In this document: positions 29,634 to 38,075 of the stretch, piece after piece
Layout of the letters: the number at the start of each line of letters is the position of its first letter
Position numbering within the stretch: position 1 is the first letter of the stretch
Source: Alphaproteobacteria bacterium
GTDB lineage: Bacteria; Pseudomonadota; Alphaproteobacteria; UBA7887
Length of the DNA stretch: 64,000 bases
Reading direction: 5' to 3'
Assembly: GCA_965216755.1 (NCBI GenBank)
Contig: CBDCGL010000011.1
Coordinates: 3,104,001 to 3,168,000 of the forward strand
Position numbers and translations under genes: made by a program
Notes under the pieces: generated by a model
Told to the model about the DNA's origin: nothing
The model's database searches: none
Seen by the model: only the letters and a program-made list of their open reading frames with translations

Positions 29634-30359
29634 GTGAAAAAGTCCTACACAGTGCCCTGTGCGAGTGCGTTTCGTGATCGCGTCTTGTCGTTGGCCGAGG
29701 CATTGGGCGTGAACGCCGCGGATGTCGCGCGTTCGGTTTTGTTGCTCGTGCCGCGCGAAGTGATTGACGCCGCAGATGATCCTGGCGAACCGGATCCGAA
29801 AGATCGTGAGACTGTTGTGCTGAAGTCGGGGCCGTCGGCGGGCCGTCCCTGGCGCCGCAAACCACGCTTGCAGGTCCGCATGCAGCCGGACTTGGAAATA
29901 ACCCAAATTCGTCGCGCATTGGCAATCGCCCTGCAATTGGGCGAAGGCGGCATCGCGGTGTCGCTTAGCGATCCCAACGCGACGGCGGCGCCAACCAACG
30001 GCGGGCCGCGCCCGCCGAAGGAAGCGAAACGACCGGCGCCGGAAACGAAACCAGCTATTAAGCCTTCGACGCCGCCGCCGAAGAACGACCACCAAGTCAC
30101 CGCCTTGGAAGACGAAGTGGGGCGCCTGGAGTCGCTTATCGCCAGCATGCTGTTCGAACCACTGAAGGGCGGCGTTAAGAGTCGTCAAGACGCTCTGTTC
30201 GTCCTCGGCTTCCCGCCCTGGGCGCGACCGGATCGCGGTGCCGTGCGCCGTCGATTTCGCGAATTGGCCGCCATTCACCACCCCGATAGCCGGTTTGGCG
30301 ACCACGAGCGGATGAGTCAGATCAATGCAGCATCGGAGTTGCTCGGCCGGCGCAACTGA
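29634..30359 (+). CDS. C-terminal J-domain protein with putative ribbon-helix-helix N-terminus
   Basis: ALFVLGF...VRRRFRELAAIHHPD...MSQINAA J-domain. ORF open from 29568. Confidence 0.8.
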   Translation: MKKSYTVPCASAFRDRVLSLAEALGVNAADVARSVLLLVPREVIDAADDPGEPDPKDRETVVLKSGPSAGRPWRRKPRLQVRMQPDLEITQIRRALAIALQLGEGGIAVSLSDPNATAAPTNGGPRPPKEAKRPAPETKPAIKPSTPPPKNDHQVTALEDEVGRLESLIASMLFEPLKGGVKSRQDALFVLGFPPWARPDRGAVRRRFRELAAIHHPDSRFGDHERMSQINAASELLGRRN

Positions 30360-30414
30360 CGCGGGTTCGCAAGCCGGTTGAAACCGTCACCAAGGCGGGC
30401 CACTGTGCGCCGCG

Positions 30415-31182
30415 ATGACCGAACCCACCATCAACGTCAGCCGACTGACCAAATCTTTTGGCACCGTAACGGCTGTGGATCGCATTTCATTTGCCGTCGC
30501 CGCCGGCCAAACGATTGGTCTGCTGGGCGGCAACGGCGCCGGCAAGACGACAACTCTGGGCATGTTGTTGGGACTCATTCTGCCCGATTCCGGCAGCATT
30601 CGGATATTCGGCGAAGACATGGTGCGTCATCGCCATCGTCTGTTGCCGATGATGAATTTTTCGTCGCCCTATGTGGATCTGCCGCACCGCTTGACCGTTC
30701 ACGAAAACCTGCGTGTGTACGGACATCTCTACGGCCTCGAGACGGTCGAACGCCAAATCGCGCGCCTCGCCCAAGACCTGGACCTGTCCGCCTTTCTGGA
30801 TCGTCAAACCGGCAAGCTGTCGGCGGGGCAAAAAACACGGGTTGCCTTGGCCAAAGCGCTGCTCAATACACCGCGGCTGCTGTTGCTGGACGAACCGACG
30901 GCTTCGATGGATCCGGATACGGGTGACATCATTCGTGGCTATCTGGAGGCCTATCAAGCGCGCAGTCAGGCGACGGTGTTGCTGGCATCGCACAATATGG
31001 GCGAAGTGGAGCGTTTGTGCGATGACGTGATCATGATGAAGGCGGGGGCGGTGGTCGACCAAGGCACACCGGCCGCCCTGTTGGCGCGCTATGGTCGTCG
31101 GTCGATGGAAGAGGTGTTCCTGGATATCGCCCGCAATCGTCAACGCGATGGGGCGGACGGCGATGCGACGGGGGTAGCATGA
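30415..31182 (+). CDS. ABC-2 type transporter ATP-binding subunit
   Basis: GGNGAGKTT, LSAGQ, LLLLDEPT, SH. Confidence 0.95.
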   Translation: MTEPTINVSRLTKSFGTVTAVDRISFAVAAGQTIGLLGGNGAGKTTTLGMLLGLILPDSGSIRIFGEDMVRHRHRLLPMMNFSSPYVDLPHRLTVHENLRVYGHLYGLETVERQIARLAQDLDLSAFLDRQTGKLSAGQKTRVALAKALLNTPRLLLLDEPTASMDPDTGDIIRGYLEAYQARSQATVLLASHNMGEVERLCDDVIMMKAGAVVDQGTPAALLARYGRRSMEEVFLDIARNRQRDGADGDATGVA

Positions 31183-31985
31183 CGCCGCTGGCCTTGTCCG
31201 CGCGCCGCGTCTATGCGCTGTCGCTGCGCCACTATTACTTGATGCGCGGATCCTGGCCGCGCCTTTTGGATCTGATCTATTGGCCGACCCTGCAAATGAC
31301 CTTGTGGGGTTTCATTACTGTATTTCTGAAAACCAATAGCAGCTGGGTCGCCGAAGCCGCCGGCGTGCTGATCTCCGCGGTGTTGCTGTGGGACGTCTTG
31401 TTTCGCGGCCACATCAGTCTGTTTTTGAGTTTTCTAGAGGAAATATGGTCACGCAATTTGGGCCATCTGTTCGTCAGCCCGTTGCGGCCGGGCGAGTTTA
31501 TTTTGGCGATCGTATTTGTCAGCCTGGTCCGCACAATCATCGGCGTCGGCGGCGCGGCGGCATTTGCGGTTTTGTTGTTCGGCGTATCGATTCTCGATCT
31601 AGGCCTGCCACTGGCGGCATTTTTTTTCAACCTGATTGCCATGGGTTGGTCGTTGGGATTGTTGGTCAGTGGCTTGGTGCTGCGCTATGGGCAAGGCGCC
31701 GAGGGGTTGGCATGGGCGGCGGTGTTTCTGATTCAGCCGGTCAGCAGCGTCTATTATCCGGTCGACATACTGCCCGCTTGGTTGCAGGCGGTCGCTGCCG
31801 GTCTGCCCGCCGCACATGTTTTCGAAGGCATGCGGGCGCTGTTGATCGATGATCTGTTTCGGCCCGACCTGCTGGTCAAGGCGACGCTGTTGAATGGCGT
31901 GTGGTTGCTGCTCGGCATCGCCGTATTTTACGCGATATTGCGAACCGCGCGGCGCAACGGCCAGCTAATGCGGCTGGGTGAATAG
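31179..31985 (+). CDS. ABC-2 type transporter permease
   Basis: About six TM helices, YYPVDILPAWLQ..PAAHVFEGMR; ATGA-coupled to the ATPase. Confidence 0.92.
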   Translation: MTPLALSARRVYALSLRHYYLMRGSWPRLLDLIYWPTLQMTLWGFITVFLKTNSSWVAEAAGVLISAVLLWDVLFRGHISLFLSFLEEIWSRNLGHLFVSPLRPGEFILAIVFVSLVRTIIGVGGAAAFAVLLFGVSILDLGLPLAAFFFNLIAMGWSLGLLVSGLVLRYGQGAEGLAWAAVFLIQPVSSVYYPVDILPAWLQAVAAGLPAAHVFEGMRALLIDDLFRPDLLVKATLLNGVWLLLGIAVFYAILRTARRNGQLMRLGE

Positions 31986-32634
31986 GCCAAATGAGGATGT
32001 GATGTTTGGAGACGACGACAAAACGACACGTTGGTGGTGGGTCCGCCATGCCGTGGTGCGGGCCAATAAAGGGCGCATGTATGGTGCCTCGGACCCGCCC
32101 GCCGAAATCGACGATCACGAAGCCTTCGCCGGCCTGGCCCGAACTTTGCCGCAGGGCGCGCGGTGGATCACCAGTCATTTGCAGCGCGCCCGCCAGACCG
32201 CTCATGCCCTGGCTGGCGCCGGCATGGATATCGGTGACCCAACAATTGAGCAATCTTTCGGCGAGCAGAGCTTCGGCGAATGGCAGGGGCAATTGTATGA
32301 AACCGTGGCCGAGATCGCCGCGCCTTATCGCCATCCGACCTGGTTCATCACGGCCGATCACACGCCGCCGGGAGGCGAGAGTTTCTTGGACGTGGTGGCG
32401 CGTGTGTCGGGTGCGATCGATCGGCTGACCGTCGATCACGGTCCCGGCGACATTGTCGCCGTTGCCCATGGCGGGTCGATCCGGGCGGCCGTTTGCCATG
32501 CTTTAGGCCTGGATCCGGATCAGGCGTTGTATTTGAGTTTTGACAATCTGTCGCTGACCCGCATCGACCATGCGGAAGGCGCCGCTCGCGGCCGCGTGAT
32601 TCATGCCAACAATTGCCCACGCTGGCCGGTGTGA
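31978..32634 (+). CDS. Histidine phosphatase family protein (CobC/PGM-like)
   Basis: WVRHA, SHLQRARQTA, EQSFGEWQG, PPGGES, VAHGGSIR. Confidence 0.9.
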   Translation: MNRPNEDVMFGDDDKTTRWWWVRHAVVRANKGRMYGASDPPAEIDDHEAFAGLARTLPQGARWITSHLQRARQTAHALAGAGMDIGDPTIEQSFGEQSFGEWQGQLYETVAEIAAPYRHPTWFITADHTPPGGESFLDVVARVSGAIDRLTVDHGPGDIVAVAHGGSIRAAVCHALGLDPDQALYLSFDNLSLTRIDHAEGAARGRVIHANNCPRWPV

Positions 32635-32962
32635 AACAATCGGCCAAAAGGTAATCGTAAGAGATAACGCGATCCGGAGGGCAAGCTCATGCGCACCCGG
32701 GCCGGTTCGTTTTTTGTTTCATCATGTTGGTTCGCGCGACAGAAGGCGTTGGCAAGCTGATTGATGAGGCAGGTCATGATGCGCCACATATTGGGCGAGG
32801 AGCGATTTGCCTGCAAACACTTGGTCGTTGACGTGCGCGACGCCCTTGTCACCACTTGCCACGACGCCGATATGCTGGCAAACCATTTCCCTTGATGTTT
32901 TCATCGACGGCCCCAGTTGATGGCCCCGCAACCAAGGATCCGAAAAAGTGCCCCAGCGAAAA

Positions 32963-33634
32963 ATGAAGCTGCGTTTGGCTGCGCTCACCATGGCGTTGCT
33001 GGCCGCCACCATGCGCCCCGCATTTGCCGACGACCCGCAGAAACTGATCGACGATGCCGCCGCCATGACGCGCTCGTTGCTGAGCGATTCCGAATGGCAG
33101 CAATTTCATGAATTGTTCAAATCCGCCAAAGGCGTGGTTTTGGTGCCCGACTATCTGCGCGCCGGTTTCGTCATCGGCATCGGCGGCAGCCAATGTATCA
33201 TGGTCGCGCGCCACAAACAGGGCGCGGGGTGGAGCGCGCCGTCATTTTGTTTAATGGGCGAAGCCAGTTTCGGCCTCCAGATCGGCGCCGAGAAGGCCGA
33301 ACTGATGATGCTGATCATGACCGATGGCGCGCTCGCCAAATTGGCCGGCGGCAATGTCGAATTCGGCGGTGACGCCGGCATCGCGGTCGGCCTGGTCGGC
33401 GCCAATGTCGGCGGCAACACAACCCTGAACCTGGATCGCGACATCTATGTGTTTGGCCGCGGCCAAGGGCTCTATGGCGGCGTGTCCGTGGAAGGCGGCT
33501 GGATCGGCCCCGACAGCGACTATAACCGCGCCTACTATGGCGGCGCTGTGTCGGCGCACAGCATCCTGATCGATCAATCGGTCGCCAATGCTGCGGCCGA
33601 CGCCTTACAGACCGCGCTCGCCAAGGGTGGTTAG
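32963..33634 (+). CDS. Secreted SYLF/Ysc84 lipid-binding domain protein
   Basis: Signal peptide; AKGVVLVP..AGFVIG, WSAPSF, SFGLQIG, GLYGGVSVEG, N.AYYG. Confidence 0.88.
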   Translation: MKLRLAALTMALLAATMRPAFADDPQKLIDDAAAMTRSLLSDSEWQQFHELFKSAKGVVLVPDYLRAGFVIGIGGSQCIMVARHKQGAGWSAPSFCLMGEASFGLQIGAEKAELMMLIMTDGALAKLAGGNVEFGGDAGIAVGLVGANVGGNTTLNLDRDIYVFGRGQGLYGGVSVEGGWIGPDSDYNRAYYGGAVSAHSILIDQSVANAAADALQTALAKGG

Positions 33635-34617
33635 AAAAACCACAGTAAGATCACCAGACCGGTCAGCCCGACGCCTGCCCAAATGTAGATCGTCAAGGCG
33701 CGTTTCAGGTCGTCGGGCAAAACCCGCGCGCGGCCCCGGCCAACCCAATGCCGGGCCACCGTACGGGCGCCATATTGTTTGGGTCCGCCCAGCGACAAAC
33801 CCAGGGCGCCTGCCAGAACCGCCTGCGGCCACAGACCGCTATCGCTTGGATCACGGCGCAGCTCGTTGGCCCAGGTGGACAGAGCATCGCGAAATCCGGC
33901 GCCGGGCACTGGAAAAACCGCAACCGCCAGGACGGCGCTGGTCAGGATCTGCACCGGCCACGCCGCCCAGGCCGCCAGGCGACGCGCACCTTGGCCGAAA
34001 TCGGCGTGGTCGGGACCACGATCGCCGATTGTCGCGACCAAGGTCAGAACCATGCTGTAGCCAAACGCGCCGGCCAAACCAAACATGGCGAAGCCGATGA
34101 TCGGTCCGACACCGCCCATCGCCAGACGGCCGACCAGGATTTCAAAGCCAAGGCGTGCCAGTTGATATGGATCGTTGACGGTTTGCGCACGCGGCGCCCA
34201 ACGGATCAAAGTCGCTTGGCAGCCCGCCATGTCGCCGGCAGATAAGGATTTCTGGCCGTCGGCGACGCGCAGATAGGGCCGGCGCATATCAATCAGGCTG
34301 GCGATTGCCAAGAGCTCGATCAGCCAGACCAAGGGCAAATGCCGTGCTGCCGCCGAAAGCAATGCGCCCGTCGCGATCGCGGTCGCTGTCAGGACGACGG
34401 CGACAAGCACGCCGCGCCGCCTGCGGTCGCGTGCCCCGCGCGTCGCGCGATTGAGTTTGTCGTCGCACCACAACGCCCCACGGCGCCAAAGGGCTCTAGG
34501 GTGCCAACGCATGTTCTCGGCGGAAACCGTGTCCCCGAGCATGGCATCCAAAATGATCGCGACGATCAGAATCAACAGGTGGCTGGGTCCGACCAATTCG
34601 GTGCCAGGCTCAGTCAT
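33631..34617 (-). CDS. CobD/CbiB-like membrane protein (divergent)
   Basis: LDAMLGD...HP, KLNR, FGQGARRL, WPQAVLAGALGLSLGGP.QYG. Several canonical motifs are altered. Confidence 0.75.
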   Translation of the reverse strand: MTEPGTELVGPSHLLILIVAIILDAMLGDTVSAENMRWHPRALWRRGALWCDDKLNRATRGARDRRRRGVLVAVVLTATAIATGALLSAAARHLPLVWLIELLAIASLIDMRRPYLRVADGQKSLSAGDMAGCQATLIRWAPRAQTVNDPYQLARLGFEILVGRLAMGGVGPIIGFAMFGLAGAFGYSMVLTLVATIGDRGPDHADFGQGARRLAAWAAWPVQILTSAVLAVAVFPVPGAGFRDALSTWANELRRDPSDSGLWPQAVLAGALGLSLGGPKQYGARTVARHWVGRGRARVLPDDLKRALTIYIWAGVGLTGLVILLWFF

Positions 34618-34756
34618 CGCGCGCCGCTTATCCTATGTCGCCGTCATGACACAATGATCCGTACCGATCATGGACCCGTTGCATGCGAACACGCCGTGAG
34701 AACGCCGGTCGTCATGTCCCTTCGCGCGTGACCGACAGTCGCCATATTATGCGCCA

Positions 34757-35596
34757 ATGGATCTTGCAACCACGATCATCGCGACTCTCGGCGCCGGCTT
34801 GGCGCAATGCGGGCCGGTCATCGCCGATAACCGTTCGTTGATCGGCGCGTTGTTCGTTGCCGGCTTGGTCGGCGGGACCACGCATTGCATCGCCATGTGT
34901 GGGCCATTCGTCGTCGCCCAGGTCGGCGCGCGCCTGGGCCAGGTGCCGATCGCCGAAATGGGTCCGATCACGCGCTTGGTCGGTGGCGCCCTCTGGCCAT
35001 ACCATTTGGGCCGCTTGTCGACCTATGTCGGACTCGGTGGCGTCGCCGCCGCGCTGCGTGGTCAACTCGATACAAATCAGGACATTCGTTGGTTATCGGC
35101 GACGTGCTTGGCCATTGCGGCCGTGGTCTTCTTCGGTTTCGCGATCAAACACACACAACTTTGGCAACGAATAGGGATCGCCCGGCAAACGCCGCCGCGC
35201 GGCAACGGGATTCCGGCGCACGAGGCGCGAAACTGGTCGCGACTGGCAACATTCGGAGCGTGTTTGACCCGGCCATTGTTCGAGGATCCGCGCGGTTGGC
35301 GAGGTTACGGCCTGGGCGTCGCCCTAGGTTTTATCCCCTGCGGACTGCTATATGGTGCGCTGGTGGCGGCGGCCAGCGCGACCGGCGGCGCTTTGGCAGG
35401 CGGTTTTGCCATGGGCGCCTTCGCGATCGGCACGGCTCCGGGTCTGTTGGTGGTCGGTTTGATGGGACAGTTTGCCGCATCCCGATGGCAGAGTTTGACG
35501 CGCCGTGTGGCGCTTTATCTGATGCCGATCAATGGCTGCGTCTTGCTGTGGTTGGCCGCGTCTCAGATTTGGCATGGAGGTCCGATCTCACCATGA
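34757..35596 (+). CDS. DsbD_2 / TauE-SafE-like membrane protein (metal or cytochrome biogenesis)
   Basis: HCIAMCGP, YHLGRL.TY, GFIPCGLLY, MGAFAIGT.P. Confidence 0.85.
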   Translation: MDLATTIIATLGAGLAQCGPVIADNRSLIGALFVAGLVGGTTHCIAMCGPFVVAQVGARLGQVPIAEMGPITRLVGGALWPYHLGRLSTYVGLGGVAAALRGQLDTNQDIRWLSATCLAIAAVVFFGFAIKHTQLWQRIGIARQTPPRGNGIPAHEARNWSRLATFGACLTRPLFEDPRGWRGYGLGVALGFIPCGLLYGALVAAASATGGALAGGFAMGAFAIGTAPGLLVVGLMGQFAASRWQSLTRRVALYLMPINGCVLLWLAASQIWHGGPISP

Positions 35597-36207
35597 CTCG
35601 CAGCGCAGCTTTGGTGGTCGTCGCGGCGATCGCAATCGCTCTCTTGTTGGGCGTTGCGGGGCGCGCCGGCCTGTTCGATAGCCTTGGCAATGCGCGCCAA
35701 CCGGGCGCGGAATTGGCCGCGTCGGCCAGCATCGGCGGGCCGTTGGCGCTGATCGACCACACCGGAACGCCGGTCGCCAACGACGCCTATGCCGGCGAAT
35801 ACCGCCTCATCTATTTCGGTTACACATTTTGCCCGGATGTGTGCCCGACCAGCCTGCAGGTGATCAGCCAAGCGCTGGACTCGATCGGCGATGCCGCGGA
35901 AAGGGTGCGGCCGATATTTATAACCGTTGATCCGGAACGCGATACGGCCGAAGTCCTGGCCGACTATGTGCCCCATTTTCACCCGCGCTTCGTCGGTATG
36001 ACGGGCGAATCCGGGGCAATCGCCGACGTCGCAAAGGCGTATCGGGTCTATTACAGCCGGGCCGAGGTGGAGGGCGAACCCGACGGTTATCTGATGAACC
36101 ACTCCTCGATTATTTATCTGATGGCGCCGGACGGCAGTTTCGTGAAACATTTCAGTCATGGCGTTACCGCGGACGAGGTCGCGGCGGTCTTGCGCGAGGT
36201 GCTGTGA
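35593..36207 (+). CDS. SCO1/SenC copper chaperone
   Basis: YFGYTFCPDVCP, ITVDPERDT, YLMNHS; ATGA overlap with the upstream gene. Confidence 0.95.
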   Translation: MTRSAALVVVAAIAIALLLGVAGRAGLFDSLGNARQPGAELAASASIGGPLALIDHTGTPVANDAYAGEYRLIYFGYTFCPDVCPTSLQVISQALDSIGDAAERVRPIFITVDPERDTAEVLADYVPHFHPRFVGMTGESGAIADVAKAYRVYYSRAEVEGEPDGYLMNHSSIIYLMAPDGSFVKHFSHGVTADEVAAVLREVL

Positions 36208-36356
36208 TTCGGGCACGGCGACGGCGCATTACGCGACACGTGCCAGCGGCAATGAAGCGCGGCACGTGCTTAGAGTTTGCTGTTGTCGCGAATGCCGGAC
36301 GCGGTGAATATTGACGCTTCGTCGTTGAACGGGTGTTGGGTGGGAGGTCGAAAGCG

Positions 36357-37301
36357 ATGACAACAGGACAGCCGATGAAGGGGGTCTTCTGTCCGGCGGT
36401 AACCCCGGTTCAGGACGATTTGAGTCCCGACATCTCTCGCTTCGTCGCGCATTGCCAATGGCTTTTGGAGAATGGCTGTCACGGGCTGGCGGTGTTTGGC
36501 ACCACCGGCGAGGCCAATTCATTTTCGGTCGAGGAACGACTGAACTGTCTCGAAGCCTTGGTCGCCGCCGGTATCGAGCCGGGTCGGATCTTGCCCGGCA
36601 CGGGCTGTTGTGCGTTGTCGGACAGTGTCCGCATGACCGCCCATGCCACGGCGCTCGGTTGCGGCGGTGTGCTGATGTTGCCGCCCTTTTATTACAAGGG
36701 GGTCAGCGATGATGGTCTGTTCAAAGGGTTCGCAGAAGTCATCGAACAAGTCGGCGATGCGCGTCTGAACGTTTACCTGTACCACATACCACCGGTCGCA
36801 CAGGTCGGCTTCAGTTTGGCTCTGGTGGAGCGGCTGGTGCGCACGTATCCAGACACAGTGGTCGGCCTGAAGGACAGCTCGGGCGACTGGTCTTATACGG
36901 AAGCCCTGCTCAAGACACTGCCCGGGTTTGGCGCCTTCAGCGGCAGCGAAGTCTTCCTGCTGAACAATTTGCGTGCCGGCGGCGCCGGAACGATCAGCGC
37001 AACTGCCAACATCAACAGCGTGGCGATTCGCGATTTGTATGACCGCTGGCAAAGTGACGCGGCCGATGATTTGCAAGCGGCGATCACACAGCGGCGCCAA
37101 CTGGTGCAGCAATTCGCAATGATCCCGGCGCTGAAGCGTGTTCTTGGCCAGCGACATAACGATCCGGCTTGGCACAGTGTGCGGCCACCCCTGGTCGCCA
37201 TGGGTGACGCCGACGCCGAACGCCTCATCTCAACACTGGTCGAAGACGGCTATCAACTCGACAGCGGAACCGGAACCGCAGCTTTGGCCGCCAGCGCCTG
37301 A
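36357..37301 (+). CDS. Dihydrodipicolinate synthase-family (class I aldolase) protein
   Basis: GTTGE, PPFYY, LYHIP, GLKDSSG. Confidence 0.9.
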   Translation: MTTGQPMKGVFCPAVTPVQDDLSPDISRFVAHCQWLLENGCHGLAVFGTTGEANSFSVEERLNCLEALVAAGIEPGRILPGTGCCALSDSVRMTAHATALGCGGVLMLPPFYYKGVSDDGLFKGFAEVIEQVGDARLNVYLYHIPPVAQVGFSLALVERLVRTYPDTVVGLKDSSGDWSYTEALLKTLPGFGAFSGSEVFLLNNLRAGGAGTISATANINSVAIRDLYDRWQSDAADDLQAAITQRRQLVQQFAMIPALKRVLGQRHNDPAWHSVRPPLVAMGDADAERLISTLVEDGYQLDSGTGTAALAASA

Positions 37302-37343
37302 TGGACCATCCCGAAGCATTGCGACAACCCGGCGGCAACGACC

Positions 37344-38075
37344 ATGGCGGGTAAAACAAAACGGCGACCGGCGCGGCCCCTTGTGCGGATCGAAACCACG
37401 TCGCTGGGCGGTCGCGAAATTGCGTTGCGCATTCGCAAGAGTCCCCGTGCCAAACGGTTGGGACTGCGCCTGGATCCAACGTCGGGCGAGGTTGAGCTGG
37501 TGGTGCCGCCCGGCGTGCCCCACGGCGACGCCAAGCGGTTTCTCAACGACCACGAGAACTGGGTATTGGAACAGCTCGGCGAACTGCCGCCGCGGGTTCC
37601 GTTTGGCGATGGCACGGTATTGCCGCTGCTCGGCGGCAATGTCCGCCTGCGTCATCGGCCGGCATTGCCGGCGACGGCATTTCTGGCCGGTCAGAATTTA
37701 TTTGTCGGCGGCAAACCGGACATGTTCGCCGCCGTGGTGACTGAATGGCTGCGCCAATGCGCGCGCGACACGCTATATCAGAAGTCGCTCGCGCTGGCGG
37801 CGCGTATCGGCATGCGTGTTGAACGCGTGACCATTCGCGATCCACGGACGCGTTGGGCCAGTTGTTCCCATGGCGGTCGGCTATCGTTTTCTTGGCGCTT
37901 GGTCTTGGCGCCGCCGGACGTGACCGACTATGTGGTCGCCCATGAAGTGGCGCATTTGCGGCATATGAACCATGGGCCATCATTTTGGGCCTTGGTCACG
38001 CGACTGGCCCCGGGGCACGACGTGCCGCGCGAGTGGTTACGCCGCAACGGCCAACGCCTGCACCGCTACGGTTGA
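37344..38075 (+). CDS. YgjP/DUF45 (SprT-like) metal-dependent hydrolase
   Basis: TRWASCS, FSWRL, DYVVAHEVAHL.HMNHG..FW. Confidence 0.92.
   Translation: MAGKTKRRPARPLVRIETTSLGGREIALRIRKSPRAKRLGLRLDPTSGEVELVVPPGVPHGDAKRFLNDHENWVLEQLGELPPRVPFGDGTVLPLLGGNVRLRHRPALPATAFLAGQNLFVGGKPDMFAAVVTEWLRQCARDTLYQKSLALAARIGMRVERVTIRDPRTRWASCSHGGRLSFSWRLVLAPPDVTDYVVAHEVAHLRHMNHGPSFWALVTRLAPGHDVPREWLRRNGQRLHRYG

Noticed and set aside
32635-32962. Cobalamin riboswitch near the cobC/cobD-like genes
   Set aside because: No B12-box or GGGAA...GCCACTG core was recognised in this spacer or upstream of the cobD-like gene.
34885-35592. Long N-terminal extension of the 440-aa SCO ORF
   Set aside because: It is an alternative-frame read-through of the upstream membrane gene. 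The real SCO starts at ATG 35593.
36357-37301. Calling the DHDPS-family gene dapA
   Set aside because: Its sequence (PPFYYK, YHIP, SGSE) fits the broader aldolase paralogues. The substrate cannot be assigned.
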